From contig NZ_AP028907.1 of assembly GCF_036323395.1 (NCBI RefSeq), forward strand, positions 1,530,001 to 1,562,000: DNA of 32,000 nt. The letters run 5' to 3'. Below, in pieces: positions 24,856-32,000 of the stretch (within the stretch, counting starts at the first letter, position 1; each line of letters begins with the position of its first letter). Source of the DNA: Pyrodictium abyssi. Lineage in GTDB: Archaea > Thermoproteota > Thermoprotei_A > Sulfolobales > Pyrodictiaceae. Under the pieces are notes generated by a model that was given only the letters and a program-made list of their open reading frames with translations, made no database searches and had not been told where the DNA came from. Both the position numbers and the translations under genes were made by a program.

Positions 24856-24912
24856 TCAGCTGAGACAGGTGTCTACATCCCCCGTCCGGGGTCAGAACCC
24901 CTTTGTCATCAC
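24856..24912 (-). ncRNA. C/D box sRNA (convergent with the previous one); D guide antisense to LSU rRNA sequence UGAGACAGGU
   Basis: Minus-strand reading, in order:
- C box GTGATGA 24912-24906
- 10-nt guide caaaggggtt
- D' box CTGA 24895-24892
- hairpin linker ccccggacgggg
- degenerate C' box ATGTAGA 24878-24872
- 12-nt guide cacctgtctcag
- D box CTGA 24859-24856
The D guide pairs over 10 nt with the LSU stretch immediately 3' of the neighbouring sRNA's target. Confidence 0.55.
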
Positions 24913-24969
24913 TACGAGAGGTCTCGGCACGGTAGAAGCATCCAGACTCTAGTGAAGCTCTAGTAGGTT

Positions 24970-25131
24970 CTACTCTTCTTCCCTCCTTTCAACTATCTCG
25001 TGGAACGTATTACGTTTACAATACTTGCAGTAGTGGTATAGCTTACCACTGGATAACTTGGTCAAATCAAAGCTAACCTCTAGCTCCCATGTATTGCCAC
25101 ACGAAGTACATCTTAGCAGCCACTTGGTCAC
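24970..25131 (-). CDS. Small zinc-ribbon protein (53 aa), below the ORF-track length cut-off
   Basis: Hand translation from GTG 25131 gives (M)TKWLLRCTSCGNTWELEVSFDLTKLSSGKLYHYCKYCKRNTFHEIVERREEE, ending at TAG (24972-24970). Two CxxC pairs are 24 residues apart. The start is 10 nt after the stop of the upstream ASCH gene on the same strand. Confidence 0.45.
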   Translation of the reverse strand: MTKWLLRCTSCGNTWELEVSFDLTKLSSGKLYHYCKYCKRNTFHEIVERREEE

Positions 25132-25141
25132 GGCTTATCCC

Positions 25142-25804
25142 TCAGCTCTTTCTTCTACCCTTCCTCTGCCTCGTGTGTCTGCTCCCTCCCCTTTTGGCTG
25201 CTACAGTATTTCTGGCTTTTATCAGTCCCCTTCTGACGAGCTCGGAAAGTACACGCCTAACCACTCTCCTGACGCGCCATCTACGCTCTATACTACCGTA
25301 AAGCCGTATTGCTGTAGAACGTATGCTATTCGTTGACGTTAGGTCCCTTAGAACCTTCTTATCCTCATCGGACAACATGTCAGCTAGATAGCGTAGACCA
25401 AGTCTTGCGATATCGGCTGGCTCTAACCCTAGATAGGGGTCCTGCGGCTCAAGGGACGATAAGTCCTGGATAACCTCGAACTCTATTATAGTTACGTAAT
25501 CATCGTCTCTAAATTCACCGTACATGTGGCGAAGAGCTTCCAGAAGTTCTTCTCTACTCCTAAAACCGTCCTTCACAGCATCTTCATCTGTTAATTCGGA
25601 GACGCGCTTATATACTACGTTGGTAACACGAACTTTCGCAACCGGCCTCCCACCACCATGGATAATAAGCTCGTTATACTTTACATGTACTCTACCAAGT
25701 CTGATAGTGGTTCTTTTCCTGCCAGAAAGTATGTCGTCAACGAACTCGCCCTTAACCATCAAATGTCTCCCAAGGAACTTGCTCCGCTCTTTACGCTCCT
25801 CCAT
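25142..25804 (-). CDS. ASCH-domain (PUA-like fold) protein with a basic C-terminal helix-turn-helix-like extension
   Basis: 220 aa. FVDDILSGRKRTTIRLG ... LTDEDAVKDGFRSREELLEALRHMYG ... YVTIIEFEVI matches the ASCH pattern. The C-terminal 100 aa is Arg/Lys-rich (RRVVRRVLSELVRRGLIKARN...RQRKGRRKS). Confidence 0.75.
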   Translation of the reverse strand: MEERKERSKFLGRHLMVKGEFVDDILSGRKRTTIRLGRVHVKYNELIIHGGGRPVAKVRVTNVVYKRVSELTDEDAVKDGFRSREELLEALRHMYGEFRDDDYVTIIEFEVIQDLSSLEPQDPYLGLEPADIARLGLRYLADMLSDEDKKVLRDLTSTNSIRSTAIRLYGSIERRWRVRRVVRRVLSELVRRGLIKARNTVAAKRGGSRHTRQRKGRRKS

Positions 25805-26051
25805 CTACATCCCCGTAGTCCTTGGGTAATAGCTGCCGAGGAGGCTTTTTAGACGCATATAGGCAGTGAGTAGTACCAGGGGCTATGAAGGGTATATCTC
25901 CATGCCTAAGCCCGGCCCTATGGAGAGAAGTTCTAGAGCCCGGAAGGGCCGGGTAGCTGATAATGGCCGGTTTGTGTGAAGATGGGCCAAAGCGCTGAGC
26001 CCCGTGACCTTGTGTAGACTAAACGATTAGGCCTCTGTTAATAGTTGCAAC

Positions 26052-27200
26052 CTAGCTATCATCATTGTTACTATATATGGCCGCTGGACTTAGTACGCTA
26101 TGCGGCTTAGTCTTACTACCAGCAGCTATTACCGCGCCAACCTTTAGCCCTTCGAGAGGATGTGTTGAAGTAACTACTATCTCCCCAGCAACACCAGTAT
26201 AAGGTACGTTTTCGGTAACCGTATATGGTGCTACCTGGGCCTTCTTTCCAACAAGGCTGTCAGCGATATAGCTATGAGATCCTATCCGTGCAGCATCATA
26301 GAGAACACTCCTCTTTACCTCGGCATAAGCCCCTACAACAGTGTTATCATATACAGCAACATTGTTTCTTAAGAATGAATGTGCACCAATGCGTGCTCCG
26401 CGGCCTACATAGACTGGGCCCTTTAGCACAGCATAATGGTCTACAAAGGCTCCGTCATCTATGAAGGCTGGTGGCTCTATCACAGCAGTGTCCTTCACTG
26501 TGGCTTGCTCGCTTATGTACACACCCTTCATATGGGTCATGTAGAGTCTAACCGCTAGCAAGTAGTCCCATGGTGTATCGAGATCAACCCATTCTCCAAG
26601 CCACATGTTGGCGTGTATATGCTGGGATGCAGCAACGCGTTTGAGTGCATCGTGGAGCGGTAGGCCCTGCTGACACACGAGTCTACGCAGCTCATCTATA
26701 CCCATGCTAATGAGTCCAGCAAACACGTGTTGTCCGTCGCCTATGCTCTTTATAGACATATCTATAGGATCTACATCTACCTTTAGAAAAGTGCCACGAA
26801 ACATGACAGGTTTAGTAACAGTCATAACTGGTTCATAGTACCTCACGACGATATTCATGTGGGAGTCTATCATGCTTTGAGGCGCGTATATGTCGCCATA
26901 GAGTAGAGTGGCTAGTCTTTCCCCGGTCTCGCCAGCGGAGGCGATGCCATCACATATGGCTCCCTCTATCCCGGGTGAGCGCTGCTCAACGAATGCACAG
27001 CCGGGTATGTGGCTACAAGTATTGCCTACACGCGGGTCATCGGATACGACGAGGACTCTATCAAAATGTCTAAGTGCAGCGTCAATATGCATTTCTAACA
27101 ACGTTCTTCCAGGGAACTTTAATAGCGAACGTGAGGTTACATCGCCAAGTACAAGCCTAAGTAGTTTAGGCGAACCGCCAGCAAGTATAATGCCTAGCAC
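26052..27200 (-). CDS. Sugar-1-phosphate nucleotidylyltransferase with C-terminal left-handed beta-helix acetyltransferase domain (GlmU/ST0452-like)
   Basis: 382 aa. The N-terminal GIILAGGS nucleotidyltransferase motif is followed by repeated hexapeptide units (IDDGAFVDHYAVLKGPVYVGRGARIGAHSFLRNNVAVYDNTVVGAYAEVKRSVL...). It lies adjacent to glmS. The longest-ORF start is GTG. Confidence 0.75.
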   Translation of the reverse strand: MLGIILAGGSPKLLRLVLGDVTSRSLLKFPGRTLLEMHIDAALRHFDRVLVVSDDPRVGNTCSHIPGCAFVEQRSPGIEGAICDGIASAGETGERLATLLYGDIYAPQSMIDSHMNIVVRYYEPVMTVTKPVMFRGTFLKVDVDPIDMSIKSIGDGQHVFAGLISMGIDELRRLVCQQGLPLHDALKRVAASQHIHANMWLGEWVDLDTPWDYLLAVRLYMTHMKGVYISEQATVKDTAVIEPPAFIDDGAFVDHYAVLKGPVYVGRGARIGAHSFLRNNVAVYDNTVVGAYAEVKRSVLYDAARIGSHSYIADSLVGKKAQVAPYTVTENVPYTGVAGEIVVTSTHPLEGLKVGAVIAAGSKTKPHSVLSPAAIYSNNDDS

Positions 27201-27309
27201 AATGCTACACCCCGGCGCCTAATCACTCATGTACTACGCAGTATGTGGCTTAATGTAGGCATTGATACCGGGTTGGTACAGTGTGGTTAAGACAGATAGA
27301 GAAAACATG

Positions 27310-29151
27310 TTACTCTACTGTAACTGTTTTAGCTAAATTGCGTGGCTTGTCTGGGTCCCGGTTAAGCATAACGGCTAGCTTGTAGGCAAGTAGCTGGAAT
27401 GGTGGAACCACAGCGTATGGTGCGAGTATTTCATCGTAGTTGCCGACATCTATATAGAAGTCAACGCCCTTTAGATCATCGTAGCCGGACACACCTACTA
27501 CTATGGTTGAAGCACCCCGAGCCTTCATTTCCATAACGTTGCTTTGAAGCTTTTCGTGTAGCTCCTCTCTAGGTGGGACACCGACAAAGATTACCGGAAA
27601 GCCGTCTTCGACCAGTGCTATTGGGCCGTGCTTACTTTCGCCAGCTGGATATGCTTCGGCGTGTATGTAGCTTACTTCCTTTATCTTTAGTGCGGCCTCA
27701 TAGGCTAGTGCAACGCCAAGGCCACGACCAAGTACATATATATTGCCTTTGCTGCGTAGACTTGACGCCAGAAGTTCTACAGCTCTTATGCTGCGGTCTA
27801 TACCAGCTGAAGCTGCATGCCCGGCATTCTTCAGCGTATCCATAGCTTTTCTGTACTCGTTTTGCGTCATCGAGCCGTTGTACTGCGCTAGTGTAAGTGC
27901 CATGCCGGTAAGAGCTAAGACTTGTGTAAGGAAGGTCTTTGTTGCAGCTACTCCTATTTCAGGCCCAGCCCTGGTGTACACTGTCACGTCGGCTTCGCGC
28001 GGTATAGTGCTGCCAATCACATTCGATACGGCTATTACACGTCCACCACTAGACTTGAAGGATCTTACCGCCTGAAGAGTATCTATAGTCTCTCCGCTTT
28101 GGCTTATAGCAACAAGGACCGAGTTACTATGGTCCATATCCCGGTAGGCTAGATACTCGCTCGATATAAACGGGATAACAGGCCTCTTAGCTATACGCGC
28201 CATGTAGTATGCAAAGACTAAGCCTGCATGATAGCTAGTTCCTGCACCAGTCACGAATATCTTCTCAGCGTTGGAGAGCAGTTTTGCAGCATTTTCTAGC
28301 TCCCGGCTAGATGCAAGCCCTGTATACGTTTCAAAGAGTACGCGTGGCTGTTCCATTATCTCTTTAAGCATATAGTGCGGATAACCACCTTTTTCAGCAT
28401 CCTCAATACTCCACGTAACGGTCATAACGCGGTGACGCCACTCGACTGCACGGCCGTCCTTCTCCAGGTAAAGACGATACGGCTCTATGTACCCATACTC
28501 ACCGTCATTTAGCGCAACGAATCTCTTAGTGTACTGTAGCATAGAAGGTATGTCGCTGGCGACCATCATGAATCCTTCGCCAAGCCCTATTACTAGGGGG
28601 CTCACCTTTCTAGCAAAGTATATCCGGTGCGGTTCTCGGGAATAGATTACCGCGATAGCATATGCCCCCTCTATTACCCTTACAAGTCTCTTGAAGGCCT
28701 CCCACATGGAGCTACCATTTCTAAGATACTCCTCAAGGAGGTGGGCAACGACCTCTGTATCTGTCTCGCTCCGGAATACATGGCCTTTCTCTTCGAGCAG
28801 TTGGCGTAGCTCAGCAAAATTCTTTATAATACCATTATGTACTACAGCTATTTCGCCTCTACAATCTACATGGGGATGAGCATTAACGGTATTAGGTTCG
28901 CCGTGAGTTGCCCAGCGTGTATGAGCTATACCACTAACAGCACAATGTTTGTCAACATTATAGCTCTCGACTACGTCGTTTATGCGTCCTTTATCCTTGA
29001 ACACGAGGAGCCGGTAAGAACTACACTCTATTAGCGCGAAACCGGCGCTGTCGTAGCCTCTATACTCTAGACGCCTCAAACCCTGTACTAGCATTGGTGC
29101 CGTATTGCCTATTATCTCCGGGTCGGCCACGACACCGACTATGCCGCACAT
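27310..29151 (-). CDS. glmS: Glutamine--fructose-6-phosphate aminotransferase (isomerising)
   Basis: 613 aa. It has an N-terminal MCGIVG (Ntn Cys), two SIS domains (SQSGET, GPEIGVAATK) and the C-terminal LAKTVTVE. Confidence 0.95.
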   Translation of the reverse strand: MCGIVGVVADPEIIGNTAPMLVQGLRRLEYRGYDSAGFALIECSSYRLLVFKDKGRINDVVESYNVDKHCAVSGIAHTRWATHGEPNTVNAHPHVDCRGEIAVVHNGIIKNFAELRQLLEEKGHVFRSETDTEVVAHLLEEYLRNGSSMWEAFKRLVRVIEGAYAIAVIYSREPHRIYFARKVSPLVIGLGEGFMMVASDIPSMLQYTKRFVALNDGEYGYIEPYRLYLEKDGRAVEWRHRVMTVTWSIEDAEKGGYPHYMLKEIMEQPRVLFETYTGLASSRELENAAKLLSNAEKIFVTGAGTSYHAGLVFAYYMARIAKRPVIPFISSEYLAYRDMDHSNSVLVAISQSGETIDTLQAVRSFKSSGGRVIAVSNVIGSTIPREADVTVYTRAGPEIGVAATKTFLTQVLALTGMALTLAQYNGSMTQNEYRKAMDTLKNAGHAASAGIDRSIRAVELLASSLRSKGNIYVLGRGLGVALAYEAALKIKEVSYIHAEAYPAGESKHGPIALVEDGFPVIFVGVPPREELHEKLQSNVMEMKARGASTIVVGVSGYDDLKGVDFYIDVGNYDEILAPYAVVPPFQLLAYKLAVMLNRDPDKPRNLAKTVTVE

Positions 29152-29279
29152 AGCTTATACGCCCTTCAATAGCTAGACACTCATCGTGGCACGAAGAAGC
29201 CTCAATAGTCCCAGATACAGACGCAGTGATGCAGGAAACTATATAATGTTATTATCGCTAAAACTAGCAGTCTCTATGA

Positions 29280-29356
29280 TCGGTGCGGTGGATGACGACT
29301 GAACCCCAGTAGCGAACAATATATGTGCGTCCTTCAGCGTACAGACACCGCACCGA
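29280..29356. ncRNA. Long-stem hairpin element, possibly K-turn-containing sRNA (class unknown)
   Basis: A perfect 11-bp GC-rich inverted repeat (tcggtgcggtg 29280-29290 with caccgcaccga 29346-29356) encloses 55 nt. The loop starts GATGACGA and ends ACAGA, which are GA-type motifs next to the stem on the plus strand. An inner 5-bp stem pairs ctgaa with ttcag. It sits in a 360-nt intergenic region with no convincing ORF. Confidence 0.35.
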
Positions 29357-29466
29357 GCCGTAGCCGTATAGCAGCAACAAACACCGTTACATCGGCTATT
29401 GCTGTTTTCGTCGAAACTGGGATGTATAAGCTGTTGACGGCTCCTGGATATGTAGTGCAGCGCGTG

Positions 29467-29476
29467 AATAAAACAA
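29467..29476 (-). terminator. T-rich tract (minus-strand TTGTTTTATT) downstream of thrS
   Basis: Plus-strand aataaaacaa is read directly, about 36-45 nt after the thrS stop. Confidence 0.35.
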
Positions 29477-29511
29477 TTAGGCATGAATATATAGTAGTAG
29501 GTGTGAGGGAT

Positions 29512-31398
29512 CTAGCTGGAGGGTTTCAGTGTTATCGATTTTTCTAGGTAGACAAGGCTAGGACGTTTCGATGCGTACTTTGGCAGCGTTGCTTGTAGAC
29601 GTGGGTAACCTTTTATGTCTTCAAGCACCATGGTTAGCAGTTCTTCAGGCTTAACAGCTACACGGTCATTTGTCCGCCTTATCGTGACATTTATGGTCGT
29701 GGTCTCGACTTCTCTTTCACCTATAACGCCTATGTATGGTATCCATTCGCGTGCTGCATCACGTATCCTTTTGCCAAGGCTCATGTCTCGGTCGTCTATG
29801 TCAACTCTTATGAGATTCTCCTCTAGAAGTGCTGCTACCTTCTCGGCTAGTTGCATCTGTTTCTCGGATCGAGGATCTACGGGTATTAGGCGAACCTGGA
29901 TAGGGGCAAGCCATGTCGGTATGTATGGTTTCTTGCCCTGCTGCTCGGCCTTTATAGCGCTGTCAAACACCATGTAGATGTACCTCTCTATGGAGCCTAT
30001 GAGCGCAGTATGTATAATGACTGGGTAGTGCTCCTTATTGTTCTCGTCGACATACTTTATTCCAAACCGCTTAGCATTGCCTATATCGAACTGGAACGTG
30101 GCTATCTCTCGTGGTCGTCCGGCTACATCGACTATGTGGTACTCAACGTTGACTACCCAGTAGTAGATCCCTGCAGGGTAGACAACCACTACTGCAGGTC
30201 TACCGTCACGCCTTATCAGCTCTAGAAGGAGATCGCGCCGATTCTCCCAGAAGTCCTCTGTAACGTTGTATACTGCATAGTACCTCTGGTTCAGCTTCTC
30301 GGCCTCCCTGTGGATTACCTCCTGGAGCTTTTCACTCACTTTCACGGCTTCCTCTACGTCGCGTGTGAGTATGTGCAGGTCTGGCATGTAGAACTTACGG
30401 AGGCGGAAACAGAGAGTTACTTCGCCGCTCTGTTCTAGCCTATAGCTGTCAGCTATCTCGAACATGCCAAGCGGTAAATCCTTGTAGCTTAGTACGTAGT
30501 CTCTCAGCATTGCAAACTGCTGATGACACGCAGCATAGCGTAGCACAAGGTGCTTTTTATCCGTCCATAGCTCGTATAGCCTATCGCCAAATAGCTCAGC
30601 GTGCTCGTAGACCGGCTTAGCTGCAAGGTCGAACATGTTTGTTCCACGGATGCGTAGCACCGGTATACCCAGGCTTCTTGCTAGCTTCCATGCATACTCC
30701 GATACCGCGTCAACCATTAGCGCAGCGTGTGGCTCATACCTCATGTGACCATAGTCGGACAGCGGCTCCCACTCGAAACCAAACTTAGCGCAAAGGGCAT
30801 TAACCGGGTTTTCAACCTCACCTATCTCCTTGCCTAGCGCTTCCTTCTCAATTAGTATCCGGAACTCTTTGTCAGCCTTCGGTAGATACTCCTCCGGCTT
30901 GTAGACTTCGCCCTCAGGAGTTAGGATGAAGTATTTCTTCTCCACCTGGAGTTTCGCCGAAGCTTTAGGAGTATAAGCTCTAGATAGCTCGGAGAGTGGA
31001 TGACCATAACAATGTATCCTGAATTCCTTGTACCATCCAAAGGGCGCTCTTATCACGTGGTACTTGTCTCCAGCCCGCTTCTTAATCTCCTCTTCAAGTA
31101 GCTTTAGTGCCTCTATGCCAGCCTTGGGGGGTGCTAGTCTCCGGGATAAGTGCGCATAGGGGTACACAACTATTGTCGACGCCTTAACCTTCTCCGCTAC
31201 TTCGATTATATCGTTTGCAGCCTTCTCCACTACTTCGCGTATGTTCTGGGTGTCAACGTCTTCTACCGTGGTGAAGACTACTAGCGCGTTTTCAGCAGAA
31301 GCTTCCGACGGTATACTATCCGGGGGCTCTGCGTCGGCTATAGCCTTGCTCTTAGCCTTGAAGGAGAACTCTCTAGCATGTATCAATAGTATACGCAT
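29512..31398 (-). CDS. thrS: Threonyl-tRNA synthetase (full length, with archaeal N-terminal editing domain)
   Basis: 628 aa. It has the N-terminal MRILLIHAREFSF archaeal editing-domain start, class II motifs (FRLRKFYMPDLH, HTALIGSIER) and a C-terminal anticodon-binding domain. Confidence 0.95.
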   Translation of the reverse strand: MRILLIHAREFSFKAKSKAIADAEPPDSIPSEASAENALVVFTTVEDVDTQNIREVVEKAANDIIEVAEKVKASTIVVYPYAHLSRRLAPPKAGIEALKLLEEEIKKRAGDKYHVIRAPFGWYKEFRIHCYGHPLSELSRAYTPKASAKLQVEKKYFILTPEGEVYKPEEYLPKADKEFRILIEKEALGKEIGEVENPVNALCAKFGFEWEPLSDYGHMRYEPHAALMVDAVSEYAWKLARSLGIPVLRIRGTNMFDLAAKPVYEHAELFGDRLYELWTDKKHLVLRYAACHQQFAMLRDYVLSYKDLPLGMFEIADSYRLEQSGEVTLCFRLRKFYMPDLHILTRDVEEAVKVSEKLQEVIHREAEKLNQRYYAVYNVTEDFWENRRDLLLELIRRDGRPAVVVVYPAGIYYWVVNVEYHIVDVAGRPREIATFQFDIGNAKRFGIKYVDENNKEHYPVIIHTALIGSIERYIYMVFDSAIKAEQQGKKPYIPTWLAPIQVRLIPVDPRSEKQMQLAEKVAALLEENLIRVDIDDRDMSLGKRIRDAAREWIPYIGVIGEREVETTTINVTIRRTNDRVAVKPEELLTMVLEDIKGYPRLQATLPKYASKRPSLVYLEKSITLKPSS

Positions 31399-31531
31399 AG
31401 TGGTGCACCATCGCTGCTAAATGATACTCTAGGTATGTCCAGGCTTAGGCTAGGCTCATGGCTGGATAAAAAGGTAATATAGACGCCTGCCCCCCATCAG
31501 CAATGGAATAGTTTCGGCCAGGTAAAGAGCC

Positions 31532-31539
31532 CTATATAA
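31532..31539 (+). promoter_or_regulatory. TATA box (CTATATAA) for radA
   Basis: Canonical TATA octamer about 40-46 nt upstream of ATG 31578. Confidence 0.5.
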
Positions 31540-31577
31540 GGGTGTTACTGGTAGCCCCCTCCCCGGGATAGAAGGGT

Positions 31578-32000
31578 ATGGCTAAAGGAGAAGTAAAGTC
31601 GATAACAGACCTCCCCGGCGTAGGCCCGGCGACAGCCAACAAGCTAATAGAGGCCGGATACGCGACTCTCGAGGCGATAGCAGTAGCTACGCCGCAGGAG
31701 CTAAGCGCAGCAGCAGGGATACCAATAACCACAGCGCAGCGCATAATAAAGGCGGCACGTGAAGCCCTAGACATACGCTTCAAGACCGCGCTTGAAGTAA
31801 AGAAGGAGCGTCTACAGACACACAAGATAACAACCGGCAGCCGTAACCTAGACGACCTCCTCGGCGGAGGTATTGAGACAAAAACGATAACAGAGTTCTT
31901 CGGAGAGTTTGGCAGCGGTAAGACACAGATATGTCACCAGGTAGCAGTAAACGTCCAGCTACCCATAGAGAAGGGCGGGCTGAGCACACCCGATAAAATG
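31578..32000 (+). CDS. radA: DNA repair and recombination protein RadA (N-terminal 141 codons; continues past the window end)
   Basis: Hand translation gives [42 protein letters not shown]... (HhH domain) ...[38 protein letters not shown] (Walker A). It is not in the ORF track because no stop codon lies in the window. Confidence 0.95.
   Translation, partial: MAKGEVKSITDLPGVGPATANKLIEAGYATLEAIAVATPQELSAAAGIPITTAQRIIKAAREALDIRFKTALEVKKERLQTHKITTGSRNLDDLLGGGIETKTITEFFGEFGSGKTQICHQVAVNVQLPIEKGGLSTPDKM

Noticed and set aside
25885-25962. Tiny plus-strand ORFs (23-25 aa, for example MPKPGPMERSSRARKGRVADNGRFV) in the GlmU-like / ASCH spacer
   Set aside because: They are very short, have no SD or promoter context, and overlap GC hairpins. 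There is not enough evidence to call a gene.
26057-26063. Perfect minus-strand C box ATGATGA at the 3' end of the GlmU-like gene
   Set aside because: It encodes the C-terminal Asp-Asp-Ser codons. No CTGA follows at 10-13 nt, and no C'/D pair follows at all.
29239-29547. ORFs 29239-29484 (minus) and 29323-29547 (plus) in the thrS-glmS spacer
   Set aside because: They overlap each other, have Cys/Ser/Thr-rich improbable translations and no start context. The region is better explained by promoter, terminator and a structured RNA element.
1-32000. Search for CRISPR arrays, transposases, integrases, tRNA/rRNA genes or long repeats marking a mobile or defence island
   Set aside because: Reading every intergenic region, I found no regularly spaced direct repeats, IS-like terminal inverted repeats, integrase/transposase ORFs or tRNA-like sequences. 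Long-range repeat detection by eye is limited, so a dot-plot or self-BLAST would be needed to exclude dispersed repeats.

Overview
This window looks like a chromosomal segment of a hyperthermophilic crenarchaeon, probably Desulfurococcales or Pyrodictiaceae-like. The evidence is about 50% GC coding DNA with much more GC-rich RNA-like islands, archaeal-type GAPDH, topoisomerase VI, RadA, TmcA/Nat10, and TATA-box promoters roughly 40-50 nt upstream of start codons. Most of it is compact housekeeping DNA:
- Glycolysis: a pgk-gap operon.
- Translation: trpS, hisS and thrS.
- tRNA processing and modification: a splicing-endonuclease subunit and tmcA.
- Pterin cofactor synthesis: mptE-like and beta-RFAP synthase genes.
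- Other: mtnA, top6B/top6A, deoC, UDP-GlcNAc synthesis (glmS plus a GlmU-like gene), and radA.

Two genes that run off the window edges are missing from the ORF track. I recovered them by hand: gap (1-645, minus) and radA (31578-32000, plus).

Non-housekeeping content:
1. A same-strand cluster of an RHH protein, a small wHTH-like protein, a CRISPR-independent Cas4-family nuclease and a PHP phosphoesterase. It is transcribed divergently from an Lhr-type helicase.
2. An orphan NurA-like nuclease.
3. A three-gene type IV pilus-like locus (pilin, ATPase, platform).
4. An ASCH-domain protein followed by an untracked 53-aa zinc-ribbon ORF.
5. Three C/D box sRNA genes found by reading the intergenic DNA. 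One has fully canonical boxes and spacing. The other two form a convergent pair whose guides are antisense to adjacent parts of the LSU rRNA peptidyl-transferase region.
6. Several GC-rich structured intergenic elements of unknown class.

I saw no CRISPR array, tRNA, rRNA, transposase or integrase. All product calls rest on motif recognition from the translations, because no database search was possible. Start codons are often uncertain, and many of the longest ORFs begin with GTG or TTG.
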